A DNA stretch of 64,000 nt from Rhodospirillales bacterium (GCA_038117205.1 JAYOFL010000003.1:4007-68006); one strand, 5' to 3'. Numbered from the stretch's first letter, positions 1 to 9,773 are shown. Program-made: numbers and translations. The notes: a model not told the origin generated them from the sequence alone.

Positions 1-469
1 CATCGTGCACTGCCGCCGCCATCCGGTCGCGACGTGCTTTTCATGCTTCCAGCAACAGTTCACCGGCCAGCAGCGGTTTTCCTACGACCTCGAGGAGCTC
101 GGTCACTTCTACCGGCTCTACGACGACCTGATGGCGCATTGGCATCGGGTACTGCCCGGGAAGATCATCGACGTCCGCTACGAGGACCTAATCGCCGACC
201 AGGAGGGACAGTCGCGCCGCCTGCTCGAATGGATCGGCCTGGAATGGAACGCCGGCGTCCTCGCTTTCGACAAGCTCGACCGTCCCGTGACGACAGCCAG
301 CTCGGCGCAGGTCCGCCGCCCGCTCTACAACGACGCCAAGGAACGTTGGCGTCTTTACGAACGCCACCTCGGACCGCTGCTGACATCGCTCGGGACGCTG
401 CCCGACCGCTACGAATTGCAGACCATGCTCAACCCGGATGCCGCCACGCGGCCCATACCGGTTCCGTAA
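1..469 (+). CDS. sulfotransferase-family protein, C-terminal part (5' end outside window)
   Basis: The ORF is open to the window edge. VRYEDLIADQEGQSRRLLEWIGLEW and SSAQVRRPLY blocks resemble the C-terminal half of bacterial sulfotransferases. GC3-rich. Confidence 0.55.
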   Translation, partial: IVHCRRHPVATCFSCFQQQFTGQQRFSYDLEELGHFYRLYDDLMAHWHRVLPGKIIDVRYEDLIADQEGQSRRLLEWIGLEWNAGVLAFDKLDRPVTTASSAQVRRPLYNDAKERWRLYERHLGPLLTSLGTLPDRYELQTMLNPDAATRPIPVP

Positions 470-476
470 GCGCCGC

Positions 477-1628
477 TCAGCAGACAATCGGGTCGAGGGA
501 GGCGCGCGACAGCCGCTCGACGCCGCTTTCGGTGACGAGCACGGAATGACCCCAGCACATGGCGAGACCGGTCTCCGAATCCATCAGGATCATGTGCAGG
601 AAGAACACCTGCCCCGGCTCCATCGGCAGCGGATTGCCGGTATAGAACATTGGGAAGTCGACCCAGATCGGGTTGTAGATGGCGCCCATGCCGTAACCGC
701 AGGCATTCAACCGCGCATGTCCGAACCCGTGCGCGTCGAATACCCGCGCGTGGGCGTCGAAGACGTTCCCCATGGGATCGCCCGGCCGGATCGCATCCTC
801 GCAGGCCTGCAGCGCCTCGACGGCGGCGGCGTGCATGCGGCTTTGCGTCTCGGTCGGCTTGCCGACCAGCAGGGTCCGCATCATGGCGGCATGATAGCGG
901 GCATAGGCACCGGCCCACTCGATGGTGAGTTGATCCCGTTCCTCCAAATGGCGACGGCCCGAGTAATAGCGGCAGAGCAGCGCGCCGGGTCCCGACCCGA
1001 GGATGAATTCGTTGCCCGCATAGTCGCCGCCGCCCCGGAAGACAGCGCCCTGCATGGCGGCGAGGATATCGCCCTCGAACGCGCCGGCGCGGGTCTCATT
1101 GATGCCGGCGTCCAGCGCGTCGTCGGCAAGCTCGGCGGCGCGGCGATGGCAGGCGATCTCGGCCGGACTTTTGACGCGTCTGAGATCGCGGATCAGGGTT
1201 GACGCGTCGATCAGTCCGTCGCCGAGCACGCCGCGCAGCATGTCCCAGTTGGCCGCCGTCAGGCCGACGGTCGCCTTCTCGATGCCGAGCCGCTTGCCGA
1301 GCAGGCCGATCTTCGCCAGCAGCGCCTTGAGGTCGTCGGCCGGCTTCATGCCCTCCCGGTCGACCCAGATATGAATGTGCGCGTCGGTGAGCGTCGAGGT
1401 GTGGCGCGCCTGACGCAAATCCGGCGCGCGCGTGAGAAGATCGACCCCACCGTCCGCCGACAGCACCATGCATTGGAACATGGCGAAGCCGAAGGTGTCG
1501 TAGCCGGTCAGCCAGTAGTGGCTCTCCGGCGCGAACAGCAGGATTCCGTCGAGGCCGGCGGCGGCGAGTGCACGCTGCGCCTTGCCGACCCGCCCGGCGA
1601 ATTCCTCGGCGGTGAAATGAATGGGCAT
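477..1628 (-). CDS. M24-family hydrolase (creatinase / Xaa-Pro peptidase fold)
   Basis: 383-aa ORF. The N-terminal creatinase-like domain (GILLFAPESHYWLTGYDT) and C-terminal pita-bread domain (VKSPAEIACHRRAAELAD) are recognisable. Last gene of the TRAP operon. Confidence 0.8.
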   Translation of the reverse strand: MPIHFTAEEFAGRVGKAQRALAAAGLDGILLFAPESHYWLTGYDTFGFAMFQCMVLSADGGVDLLTRAPDLRQARHTSTLTDAHIHIWVDREGMKPADDLKALLAKIGLLGKRLGIEKATVGLTAANWDMLRGVLGDGLIDASTLIRDLRRVKSPAEIACHRRAAELADDALDAGINETRAGAFEGDILAAMQGAVFRGGGDYAGNEFILGSGPGALLCRYYSGRRHLEERDQLTIEWAGAYARYHAAMMRTLLVGKPTETQSRMHAAAVEALQACEDAIRPGDPMGNVFDAHARVFDAHGFGHARLNACGYGMGAIYNPIWVDFPMFYTGNPLPMEPGQVFFLHMILMDSETGLAMCWGHSVLVTESGVERLSRASLDPIVC

Positions 1629-1706
1629 GGGGCGGCCTCCGATTTTGCGAAAGCCGATCCCATCAAATCCGGGCCGGGAAAGCGAGCGGTTTGTTGCCGC
1701 CGGCCC

Positions 1707-1829
1707 TCAGGCGAAACCGGTGGCGAGACCGAACATCAGGCCGAACACCACCAGCGCGGCGAGGATGCCGACAATCCACGGCCAATTGCCGTACTGCTCG
1801 TCCAGGGCGCGGGAATCGTCGTCGTGCAT
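1707..1829 (-). CDS. small hydrophobic protein, 40 aa (below the ORF-track cutoff)
   Basis: Hand translation gives MHDDDSRALDEQYGNWPWIVGILAALVVFGLMFGLATGFA, an acidic head plus one TM helix. GAGGAA Shine-Dalgarno lies 7 nt upstream, and the start is 12 nt after the TRAP permease stop. About 34 of 40 codons end in G/C. Confidence 0.4.
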   Translation of the reverse strand: MHDDDSRALDEQYGNWPWIVGILAALVVFGLMFGLATGFA

Positions 1830-1841
1830 GGCGTTTCCTCG

Positions 1842-3884
1842 TTACTTCAGCAGCGTCGGCAGGAAGAGCGCGATTTCCGGGAAGACCATGACCAGGATCA
1901 GGCCCGTGATCTGCAAGGCGATGAACGGCAGCACCGCGCCGAAAATCTCCTGCAAGGTCACGTCCTTCGGCGTCACGCTCTTCAGCCAGAAGCACGCCGG
2001 CCCGAACGGTGGCGACAGGAAGTATATCTGCATGTTCATCACGAACAGCACGCCGAACCAGATGGCGATGTAGTCCGGATCCATGCCCATGGCCGGCGCC
2101 AGATCGACCACCACCGGCGCGAAGATCGGCACGGTGATGAAGACGATGGCGATCCACTCCATGAATGTGCCGAGCACGACCAGGATCGCCATCATCAGGA
2201 GGATGATCAGCCACGGCGAGACGTCGAGACCGGTGAACACGCCCTTGAGGAAGCTGGCGCCGCCGATGATGTTGTAGATACCGACCAGGCTGACCGCGCC
2301 CATCACCAGCCAGATGATGGTCCCGACCGTCACCATGGTCTGGCGCACGACGCCTTGGATCATGTCCCAAGTGCACTTGCGCCGCAGCGCCGACACGGCG
2401 AGCGCGCCGACGACACCGACGCCGGCCGCTTCCGTCACCGACGCGATGCCGGCGTAGATCGAGCCCATGACACCGCCGATGACGGACAGCGCCGCGAACA
2501 CGGCGACCAGCCGGTCCCGCGACATCTTCGGCTTTTCCTCGCCGCCGAACACCTCGGAGGCGACCGGCGCGTAGTCCGGCCGCAGGTGGCAGAGGATCAA
2601 GGTATAGATGACGTAGAGCGACGCCAGCAGCAGCCCCGGCAGGAAGCCGGCCAGGAACAGATCACCGAGTGCGACCTTCGCCGCCAGACCGTAGACGATC
2701 ATGATGATCGACGGCGGGATCAGCGTCGCCAGCGAACCGGCGGCGCAGATCAGGCCGAGCGCGAGTTTCCGGTTGTAGCCGAGCCGAAGCATCTGCGGCA
2801 GGGCGACGAGGCCGAGCATGACGATCTCGCCGCCCATGATGCCGGTCATCGCAGCCAGCACCACGGCAACCGCCGTCGTCTGCACGGCGACGCCGCCGCG
2901 CAGGTTGCCGGCGAAGATCGACATGGCGTCGAAAAGATCCTTGGCGAGACCCGACCGCTCGAGGATCGAACTCATCAGCACGAACAGCGGCACGGCGACG
3001 AGCGGATAGGCTTCCAACAGGCCGTAAACGTTCGACGAAACCAGGAACAGGCCCTTCGGACCGAAGTACAGAAGGGCGACGGCGAGCGACACCGCCATGG
3101 TGACGATGCCGAGCGACATGCCGGTCGCCATCAGCACGAACAGCGCGATGACGATAACGATCGTAACGTCGGCGATGGGAATGGATCGGATGTTGATGCT
3201 CTGGCCGAAACTACCGATCGGCTGCAACACCGAGAACACGGCGTCGACCGTCGTCATAACGACATTGTCGCCGAACGCGGTCTGCATGATTAGACCGATC
3301 AGGCGGATCAGACAGGCGACGGCGATGGCGCCGACGGCGGCACGGGCCCAGAAGGATTCCAGATGACGGAGGATATGAACGACCAACTGCGTCGCATAGA
3401 GGAATGCGCCAAAGCAGAGGATCGTCTTGACGATGGTGGGTTCCGGCGAGTCGAAGGCGCTGCCGGCGCGCTCCACCCGGATGATCGCCTCCATGGCCGC
3501 GTCGAGGCAGGATTCCGTCAGCATGTAGAGCGCGACGAAACCGAGGCAGTAGACGAACAGGTCGAGCCACCACTGCAGGCGTTGCGACGTATACTGCTTT
3601 AATACCGTGATGGCGATGTGTCGCTTGTTCAGCGTGACATAGCCGCCGGAGACCAGCCATGTGATGGCGCAGAGCGTCATCACCATCTCGAATGCCCATT
3701 GCGTCGGCGAATGGAAGACGTAACGTGCGATCACCTCGTATCCGGTGATGGCGGCGCAGAACAGGTAGAACTGCCCGACCGCCAGACCAGAAAAACGGCT
3801 GAAATGATCGATCGCGACGAGAATGCGACCGACCGGCCCGCCGATATGGTGGGTCGACGCCGACGGCGTATCATGCATGGACAT
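1842..3884 (-). CDS. TRAP transporter fused DctQ-DctM permease
   Basis: 680-aa polytopic ORF. It has a DctQ-like N-terminal quarter followed by a DctM-like 12-TM region. GAGGAA RBS. Downstream of the DctP gene. Confidence 0.9.
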   Translation of the reverse strand: MSMHDTPSASTHHIGGPVGRILVAIDHFSRFSGLAVGQFYLFCAAITGYEVIARYVFHSPTQWAFEMVMTLCAITWLVSGGYVTLNKRHIAITVLKQYTSQRLQWWLDLFVYCLGFVALYMLTESCLDAAMEAIIRVERAGSAFDSPEPTIVKTILCFGAFLYATQLVVHILRHLESFWARAAVGAIAVACLIRLIGLIMQTAFGDNVVMTTVDAVFSVLQPIGSFGQSINIRSIPIADVTIVIVIALFVLMATGMSLGIVTMAVSLAVALLYFGPKGLFLVSSNVYGLLEAYPLVAVPLFVLMSSILERSGLAKDLFDAMSIFAGNLRGGVAVQTTAVAVVLAAMTGIMGGEIVMLGLVALPQMLRLGYNRKLALGLICAAGSLATLIPPSIIMIVYGLAAKVALGDLFLAGFLPGLLLASLYVIYTLILCHLRPDYAPVASEVFGGEEKPKMSRDRLVAVFAALSVIGGVMGSIYAGIASVTEAAGVGVVGALAVSALRRKCTWDMIQGVVRQTMVTVGTIIWLVMGAVSLVGIYNIIGGASFLKGVFTGLDVSPWLIILLMMAILVVLGTFMEWIAIVFITVPIFAPVVVDLAPAMGMDPDYIAIWFGVLFVMNMQIYFLSPPFGPACFWLKSVTPKDVTLQEIFGAVLPFIALQITGLILVMVFPEIALFLPTLLK

Positions 3885-3913
3885 AAAATATTCCTCGTGG
3901 CGGAATTACGGAG

Positions 3914-3939
3914 CCCGCCCGGCCGCACGGCCGGGCGGG
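3914..3939 (-). terminator. intercistronic GC stem-loop between SBP and permease genes (attenuator / mRNA stabiliser)
   Basis: CCCGCCCGGCC-GCAC-GGCCGGGCGGG forms an 11-bp perfect stem in the 80-nt gap between dctP and dctQM. There is no clear U-tract. Confidence 0.45.
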
Positions 3940-3964
3940 TCCGCATATCTGCCGTTCCGGCTCG

Positions 3965-5008
3965 TTATTTCACGAGGCCGTAGGTGCGCAGGAACTTCAT
4001 CTGCGCGTCGAAAGTCTCCTGAGCGAGCGGCGACTTCTTCGCGTAGTCGGCCCACGCAGCGACCGCCAGGGCACGGAACTTGTCGCGTTCCGAATCCGGG
4101 AAGTCGACGATTTCCTTCACGTCGCCCTTGCCGGCGCGGTCGATTTCCGCCTGCTTGCGGTCCTGGATGTCGGCGTGCCGGCGGAGATCCGCGTAGGCAG
4201 CGATGTACCAGGTTTCGAGAATCGCGCGCTGCGCGTCCGTCAGCCCCTTCCAGACGTCCACGTTGAGGACGAACTGCAGCATCGCCATCGAGTGGAAGCC
4301 TGGGAACACCGGGTAATGGGCGACCTTGTTGAGGCCGGTTTCGTGGTTGTTGATGTAGGCGCTGGCGTCGGCGGCGTCGACGATGCCCTTCTCGAGAGAG
4401 GTGTAGACTTCCGAGAACGGAATGGCGACCGGCACGGCGCCGGCGCGGCGGAACACTTCCGCTGCGAGACCTTCCGGCGAGCGGATCTTCAAACCCTTCA
4501 GATCGTCGACGGAGCGGATCGGCTTCTTCGCGACCAGGGCCTCGAAGGTGTAGTTGCTGCAGCCGATGACGTGAACCTTACCACCGAAGTGCTTGTCGTG
4601 AATCTTCTGCAGGATTTCCTTGCCGCCGCCGTTCATGCAGAACATCTGCGGCTGGTCGGCGTGACTGAAGGCGGCGATCAGATCGCCGATCATGCCGTAG
4701 GCCGGGTCGATGCCGGCGAAATAGGAAATGGCGTTGAGATCGCCGTCGAGGATGCCGGTCTGCACCGCCTTCAGCGTCTCCTTGTGCGGCACGACCGCCT
4801 TGGTCGGCAGAATCTCCAGCGTCAGGGTGCCACCGGTCATGGTCTTCAGGATCGGCACCCATTTTTCGGTCAGGTACTTGTAGGTGAAGTCGCCGGCGTT
4901 CTGGCTGGCCTGCAACTTGAGGGTTTTCGTCTGCGCCTGCGCGGCGCCGGCGGCACCAACCGCCAGCAGCGCACCCGCGGCAACCGCGAGTGTGAGTTTC
5001 TTGATCAT
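3965..5008 (-). CDS. TRAP transporter substrate-binding protein (DctP family)
   Basis: 347 aa with a signal peptide (AAGAAQAQ), DctP-type fold motifs and a GGGAGG RBS. Confidence 0.9.
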   Translation of the reverse strand: MIKKLTLAVAAGALLAVGAAGAAQAQTKTLKLQASQNAGDFTYKYLTEKWVPILKTMTGGTLTLEILPTKAVVPHKETLKAVQTGILDGDLNAISYFAGIDPAYGMIGDLIAAFSHADQPQMFCMNGGGKEILQKIHDKHFGGKVHVIGCSNYTFEALVAKKPIRSVDDLKGLKIRSPEGLAAEVFRRAGAVPVAIPFSEVYTSLEKGIVDAADASAYINNHETGLNKVAHYPVFPGFHSMAMLQFVLNVDVWKGLTDAQRAILETWYIAAYADLRRHADIQDRKQAEIDRAGKGDVKEIVDFPDSERDKFRALAVAAWADYAKKSPLAQETFDAQMKFLRTYGLVK

Positions 5009-5053
5009 CGATGTAACCTCCCAAAGGAACTTATTGTATTTAACCAGGGAACA

Positions 5054-5067
5054 ACTAAAATATTAGT
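5054..5067. promoter_or_regulatory. candidate GntR operator ACTAAAATATTAGT in the divergent dctP/gntR promoter
   Basis: Inverted repeat ACTAA-N4-TTAGT in an AT-rich island. A near-identical site lies at 34212-34225 in front of the second GntR/TRAP locus. Confidence 0.45.
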
Positions 5068-5156
5068 ACATCACTGGTCTCGTCAAGCGTCGGTTCTCAC
5101 GTCGACGCTCGATAGCAGCCCAGTTTCGACGGATCGTCCAGCGGTTTTCGCCACTT

Positions 5157-5918
5157 ATGAAGCAATCACAGCCCGCATCCCCGGAAATGATCGTCAGGCA
5201 TCGGCGGGCCCGCCGGGCGTCGACCGTGCAGCATATCTACGACGATTTGCATTCCCGCATCGTCGGTTTGCTGCTGCCGCCGGGCGCGGTCATTTCCAAG
5301 CACGATCTGGCGACCGAATTCGGCGTCAGCCAGACTCCCGTCCGCGAGGCCCTGCTCCGCCTGGAGGAAGAAGGCCTGGTGGACATCTTCCCGCAATCCC
5401 GCACCGTCGTGTCATTGATCGACATCCAGGACGCCCGTGAAGCGCATTTCCTGAGGCTCTGCGTCGAAGTGGAAATCGCCCGCCGGCTATCCGGCAGCAT
5501 CACATCGCAGCAGGTCGAGGTGTTGCGCGAGCTGCTGCTACGCCAGCGCACCGCCTTCGCCGCCGGCGATCTCGTCGCCTTTACCCAGTTCGACGACCGC
5601 ATGCATCAGCACACCTACGAATTCGCCGGTGTCGTCGGCCTTTGGGAGCTGATCCAGACCCGGCGCGCCCACATCGACCGCCTGCGGTTCCTGAAGCTGC
5701 CGACCAAAGGCAAGGTGGAAGCGATCCTGGAGGATCACACCAAGATCGTCGACGCCTTGGAACGGCATGACGCCGCCGCTGCCGAAGCGGCGGTACGCGT
5801 GCATCTTAACAACACGGTCGCCGTCGCCGAGATCGATGGCATCCGCTCGAAATTCCCGCAATACTTCGACTACCAGGAAACACCGGAACGGGGAATTCCC
5901 GTCCAATCATCCAAGTAA
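5157..5918 (+). CDS. GntR-family transcriptional regulator (FadR/FCD type)
   Basis: Winged-helix region ISKHDLATEFGVSQTPVREALLRLEEEGLV followed by an FCD-like helical domain. Divergent from the TRAP operon. Confidence 0.85.
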   Translation: MKQSQPASPEMIVRHRRARRASTVQHIYDDLHSRIVGLLLPPGAVISKHDLATEFGVSQTPVREALLRLEEEGLVDIFPQSRTVVSLIDIQDAREAHFLRLCVEVEIARRLSGSITSQQVEVLRELLLRQRTAFAAGDLVAFTQFDDRMHQHTYEFAGVVGLWELIQTRRAHIDRLRFLKLPTKGKVEAILEDHTKIVDALERHDAAAAEAAVRVHLNNTVAVAEIDGIRSKFPQYFDYQETPERGIPVQSSK

Positions 5919-5930
5919 GGACAAGACGCA

Positions 5931-6845
5931 ATGCTGGACAACGAAGGGCGCTCCATCGTCTCGGACGAGCTGGTGGAGGCGTATCGCGCCAGGGGCTTCA
6001 TCGTCGTGGACGACATCTACACGCCCGCCGAAATCGAGCGCATGCGGGAAATCATTTCCGAGTTCGAGCAGTCGGCGCGCGGCCTCGCCGATCACAGCAA
6101 CGTCATCGACCTGGAACCGACACACACGCCCGAGGCGCCCCGCGTCCGGCGCATCAAGGAACCGTTCAAGAACCACCCCTATTTCAATCAGATGGCCCGA
6201 CATCCGCGGCTGATCGCGGCGCTGACGCGCCTGATCGGCCCGAACCTCCGCCTGCACGGCAGCAAGATTAATCTCAAGTCGGCGACTTTCGGCTCGCCGG
6301 TCGAGTGGCATCAGGACTGGGCCTTCTACCCGCACACGAACGACGACGTTCTCGCCGTCGGCGTGATGATCGACGACATGACGCCGGACAACGGTCCGAT
6401 GCTGATGATCCCGGGTTCGCACACGGGACCGACCTACGACCACCATCAGGACGGACGTTTCATCGGCGCCATGGACCCGGCGGCCTGCGGCCTCGATTTC
6501 GCGAACGCCGAGATGGTGACCGGCAAGGCCGGCGCCTGCAGCTTCCACCATGTCCGCGCCGTTCACGGATCGGGCCAGAACACGTCGGGCCGCGACCGCC
6601 GGCTACTGCTCTACCAAGTCGCCGCGGCCGACGCCTGGGATATCCGCGGCAACCGCGAAGGAACCTGGGACGATTACCTCGCCACTATCATCGCCGGCGA
6701 GGCGACGCTGGAGCCCCGGGTCGTGCCGGCGCCGATCCGGCTTCCCTATCCGGGCCCCCTCAAGTCGGGCTCCATCTACGAAAGCCAGTCGCTGGTCCGC
6801 AACAAGTACTTCGGCGCACCGCCGAAGTCCGCGGCCAATACCTGA
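5931..6845 (+). CDS. phytanoyl-CoA dioxygenase (PhyH) family Fe(II)/2-oxoglutarate oxygenase
   Basis: 304 aa. The VEWHQDWAFYPH block and the later HHVRAVHGSGQN block fit the PhyH HxD...H facial triad. Confidence 0.8.
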   Translation: MLDNEGRSIVSDELVEAYRARGFIVVDDIYTPAEIERMREIISEFEQSARGLADHSNVIDLEPTHTPEAPRVRRIKEPFKNHPYFNQMARHPRLIAALTRLIGPNLRLHGSKINLKSATFGSPVEWHQDWAFYPHTNDDVLAVGVMIDDMTPDNGPMLMIPGSHTGPTYDHHQDGRFIGAMDPAACGLDFANAEMVTGKAGACSFHHVRAVHGSGQNTSGRDRRLLLYQVAAADAWDIRGNREGTWDDYLATIIAGEATLEPRVVPAPIRLPYPGPLKSGSIYESQSLVRNKYFGAPPKSAANT

Positions 6846-6882
6846 CGCTCGACGTATTCCACGTAAGGACCGGTAACAACGC

Positions 6883-8004
6883 ATGAACGACATGGCGCCG
6901 ACCGCCGATCAGGTCATCACGTCCGCCGCCGGCATGACGGCTCTCATTACCCGCATCTTCGCCACCGACGGCGCGGACGACAGGGAGTCCCGCGAGATCG
7001 CGGAAAACCTCGTCGGCGCCAATCTGGCCGGCCACGACAGCCATGGGATCGTCCGCGTGCCGCGCTATCTGCTGGCGGTCAAACGCGGTCAGATGCACTA
7101 CGCGAAGACGGTCGAGACCGTTCTCGACGGCGGCGCTTTCGCGCTATTGGACGGCGGCCTCGGCTTCGGCCAGACGCTCGGCCGTCAGGCGGTCGAGCAC
7201 GGTCTCGAACGCGCCGCGAAGCACGGCGTCGCCGTGATCGGATTGCGCCGCGCCGGCCACCTCGGCCGCATCGGCGCCTGGGCCGAACTGGCGTGCCGGG
7301 CGGGATACGTCTCGGTCCACTTCGTCAACGTGGCGCGCAGCATGCTGGTCGCGCCGTTCGGCGGCGCCGAGCGCCGCATGTCGACGGCCCCCATCACCAT
7401 CGGCGTCCCGAACCCGGCGGGCGAGGGCGATTTCATCCTCGACTTCGCGACCTCGAAAGTCGCCGAGGGCAAGGTGCTGGTAGCTCTCAAGAGCGGCAAG
7501 TTGCCGCCGGCCGGTGCGTTGGTCGACGCCGACGGACAGCCGACGCAGGACCCGCTCGCCCTCTACGGCGAGGTGCCGCCGGGCACCGTCCCCAATCCCC
7601 GCGCCGGCAAGGGCGCGTTGCTGGCCATGGGCGATCACAAGGGGTCGGGACTGGCGCTCGCCTGCGAACTGCTCGGCGGCGCGCTCACCGGATCGGGCGC
7701 CACCGGCCCCGGCGAGGGCATCCACAACGGCATGCTGTCCATCTACATATTCGCCAAGGCCCTCGACGACGGACACGGCTACGCCGCCGCCGTCGCCGAC
7801 TACATCGAGTACGTCCGGCAGAGCCGGCCCGCCGACCCGGCGAAGCCGGTCATGGTGCCGGGCGATCCGGAACGGAAGGCGAGCGCCGAACGCCTGCGGT
7901 CGGGTTTACCGTTGTCCCGCGAGACCTTCGAGAGCATTCTGGCGGCCGGTGACGGCGTCGGCCTCGACCGCGCCGAAATGTCGCAACTGCTCGAGGCGTC
8001 CTGA
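6883..8004 (+). CDS. Ldh_2 family (malate/L-lactate dehydrogenase type 2) oxidoreductase
   Basis: 373 aa with the GHDSHGIVRVPRY signature of the Ldh_2 family. Confidence 0.8.
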   Translation: MNDMAPTADQVITSAAGMTALITRIFATDGADDRESREIAENLVGANLAGHDSHGIVRVPRYLLAVKRGQMHYAKTVETVLDGGAFALLDGGLGFGQTLGRQAVEHGLERAAKHGVAVIGLRRAGHLGRIGAWAELACRAGYVSVHFVNVARSMLVAPFGGAERRMSTAPITIGVPNPAGEGDFILDFATSKVAEGKVLVALKSGKLPPAGALVDADGQPTQDPLALYGEVPPGTVPNPRAGKGALLAMGDHKGSGLALACELLGGALTGSGATGPGEGIHNGMLSIYIFAKALDDGHGYAAAVADYIEYVRQSRPADPAKPVMVPGDPERKASAERLRSGLPLSRETFESILAAGDGVGLDRAEMSQLLEAS

Positions 8005-8007
8005 GAC

Positions 8008-9393
8008 ATGGGAAAGACCGTCTATATCGGCAGCGGTGCCGGCTTCGCCGGCGACAGATACGACGCCGGTGCGCCGGTGGTCGAAACGCTCGCCCGGCGC
8101 GACGGACCGCGCTATCTGATCTTCGAGGTGATGGGTGAGCGCACCCTCGCCATCGCGCAGCGTATCCGCCGCGACGATCCCGAGCGCGGCTATTCACCGT
8201 ATCTCGATCACTACCTAAGCGGCGTCCTGAAGTCCTGCCGCGAGCACGGCGTCAAGATCGTCGCCAATCTCGGCAACGCCAACCCGCTGGGCGGCGCCCG
8301 GCGCGTGCACGCCCTCGCCAAGGAATTGGGCGTCGAGGGTCTCCGCGTCGCCATCGTCCAAGGCGACGATCTGCTCTCTTTCATGAGCCCCGACGAGGTC
8401 GGCGATCTGCCGACCATCGAAGGCGTCAGCATCGACGGTAAGGAAATCGTCGCCGCCAACGCCTATCTCGGCGCCCGGCCGGTGGCCGAGGCCTTGGCGC
8501 TCGGCGTCGATATCGTTCTGGTCGGCCGCACCACCGACGCCGCCCTGGTGCTCGGCCCCCTGATCCATGAGTTCGGCTGGGCCGCCGATGACTGGGCGCG
8601 GCTCGCCGCCGGCACCGTCGCCGGGCATCTGCTGGAATGCGGGGCGCAGATCACCGGCGGGTACTTCTGCGATCCGGGCTTCAAGGACGTGCCGGGCATG
8701 GCCGACGTCGGCTATCCCATCGCCGAGATCGACGAGGCCGGCGGCATCGTCATCACCAAGGCGGAAAACACCGGCGGCCTCGTTACCCGGGCCACCGTCA
8801 CCGAACAGATCCTCTACGAGATGCACGACCCGGCCAACTACTTGACGCCGGATGTCGTGCTCGACGTGACCGGCGTGACGCTCGCCGACGACGGCAAGGA
8901 TCGGGTGCGCGTTTCGGGCGCGCGGGGAAAGGCACCGACGAACACCCTCAAGGCGACCGTGTCGGCCGACGGCGGCTGGCTCGGCGAGGCGGAGATGACC
9001 TACGCCGGCCCGAACGCGTTGGCGCGGGCCCGGCTCGCCGCCGAGATCGTCGGCACCCGCTGCCGCCGCAAGATCACCGACGCCGACATCCGCGTCGAGG
9101 TGATCGGCGCCGGCGCGCTGTTCGACAACGACCGGGCGCAGCGGCAGTCCGGCGACAACCGGCCGCTCGACGGCGAGTATCGCCTTCGCGCCGCCATCCG
9201 CACCCCCGACAAGGCGGCGGCGACCTACGTCACCGATGAGGTCCAAAGCCTGTTCTGCGCCGGCCCCGCCGGCGGCGGCGGCTACCGGGGCGTCGTCACT
9301 GCACAGATCAACACGTCCTCGATCCTGCTGCCGCGCGGCCCCGTGGAAGAGCGGGCCCGCGCCGTCGAGGTGACGCCGGAGACCGCATTATGA
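8008..9393 (+). CDS. AtuA / DUF1446 family protein
   Basis: 461 aa. The N-terminus IGSGAGFAGDRYDAGAPVVETL...YLIFEVMGERTLA is typical of DUF1446. Confidence 0.75.
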   Translation: MGKTVYIGSGAGFAGDRYDAGAPVVETLARRDGPRYLIFEVMGERTLAIAQRIRRDDPERGYSPYLDHYLSGVLKSCREHGVKIVANLGNANPLGGARRVHALAKELGVEGLRVAIVQGDDLLSFMSPDEVGDLPTIEGVSIDGKEIVAANAYLGARPVAEALALGVDIVLVGRTTDAALVLGPLIHEFGWAADDWARLAAGTVAGHLLECGAQITGGYFCDPGFKDVPGMADVGYPIAEIDEAGGIVITKAENTGGLVTRATVTEQILYEMHDPANYLTPDVVLDVTGVTLADDGKDRVRVSGARGKAPTNTLKATVSADGGWLGEAEMTYAGPNALARARLAAEIVGTRCRRKITDADIRVEVIGAGALFDNDRAQRQSGDNRPLDGEYRLRAAIRTPDKAAATYVTDEVQSLFCAGPAGGGGYRGVVTAQINTSSILLPRGPVEERARAVEVTPETAL

Positions 9394-9758
9394 GCGACAT
9401 CACCGTTCCGCTGCATGCCGTCGCGCACGGCCGAGCCGGCGACAAGGGCAACCGCTCCAACATCTCGCTCGTCGCCTATCTGCCGGCGGCGTTTCCGTTC
9501 CTCAAGGAGCAGGTGACGGAGGACCGCGTGCTTGCCCTCTTCCGTCACAAGGGCGCGACAGCGGTGGCGCGGTACGAACTGCCGAACCTCAACGCCATGA
9601 ATTTCGTCATCGACGACGCCCTCGAGGGCGGCGTCAACAGCTCGCTCTGTCAGGACCTGCACGGCAAGTCCCTGTCGTTCCTGTTGCTGGGCGAACTCAC
9701 GGTCAAGGTCCCGAGGTCGTGCGTGCCGGCCGGCTCGCGCTATCTGCAAGATGCCTGA
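9390..9758 (+). CDS. small AtuA-associated protein (partner of DUF1446)
   Basis: 122 aa, ATGA-coupled to the DUF1446 gene. The HGRAGDKGNRSNISLVAY block matches the small protein usually found downstream of DUF1446 genes (from memory). Confidence 0.6.
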   Translation: MSDITVPLHAVAHGRAGDKGNRSNISLVAYLPAAFPFLKEQVTEDRVLALFRHKGATAVARYELPNLNAMNFVIDDALEGGVNSSLCQDLHGKSLSFLLLGELTVKVPRSCVPAGSRYLQDA

Positions 9759-9773
9759 CACCGGGCCCAAGAT

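Noticed and set aside
1371-3293. The 640-aa plus-strand ORF extremely rich in His, Asp, Arg and Glu
   Set aside because: It lies antisense to the well-supported TRAP DctQM permease. The odd composition mirrors hydrophobic codons read on the opposite strand.
5931-6845. The PhyH-family protein as ectoine hydroxylase, with the M24 hydrolase (477-1628) as ectoine hydrolase DoeA and the TRAP system as an ectoine importer
   Set aside because: The oxygenase shows the generic PhyH WHQD context, not the extended EctD signature I remember. No other doe/eut genes are present. The idea is tempting but unsupported.
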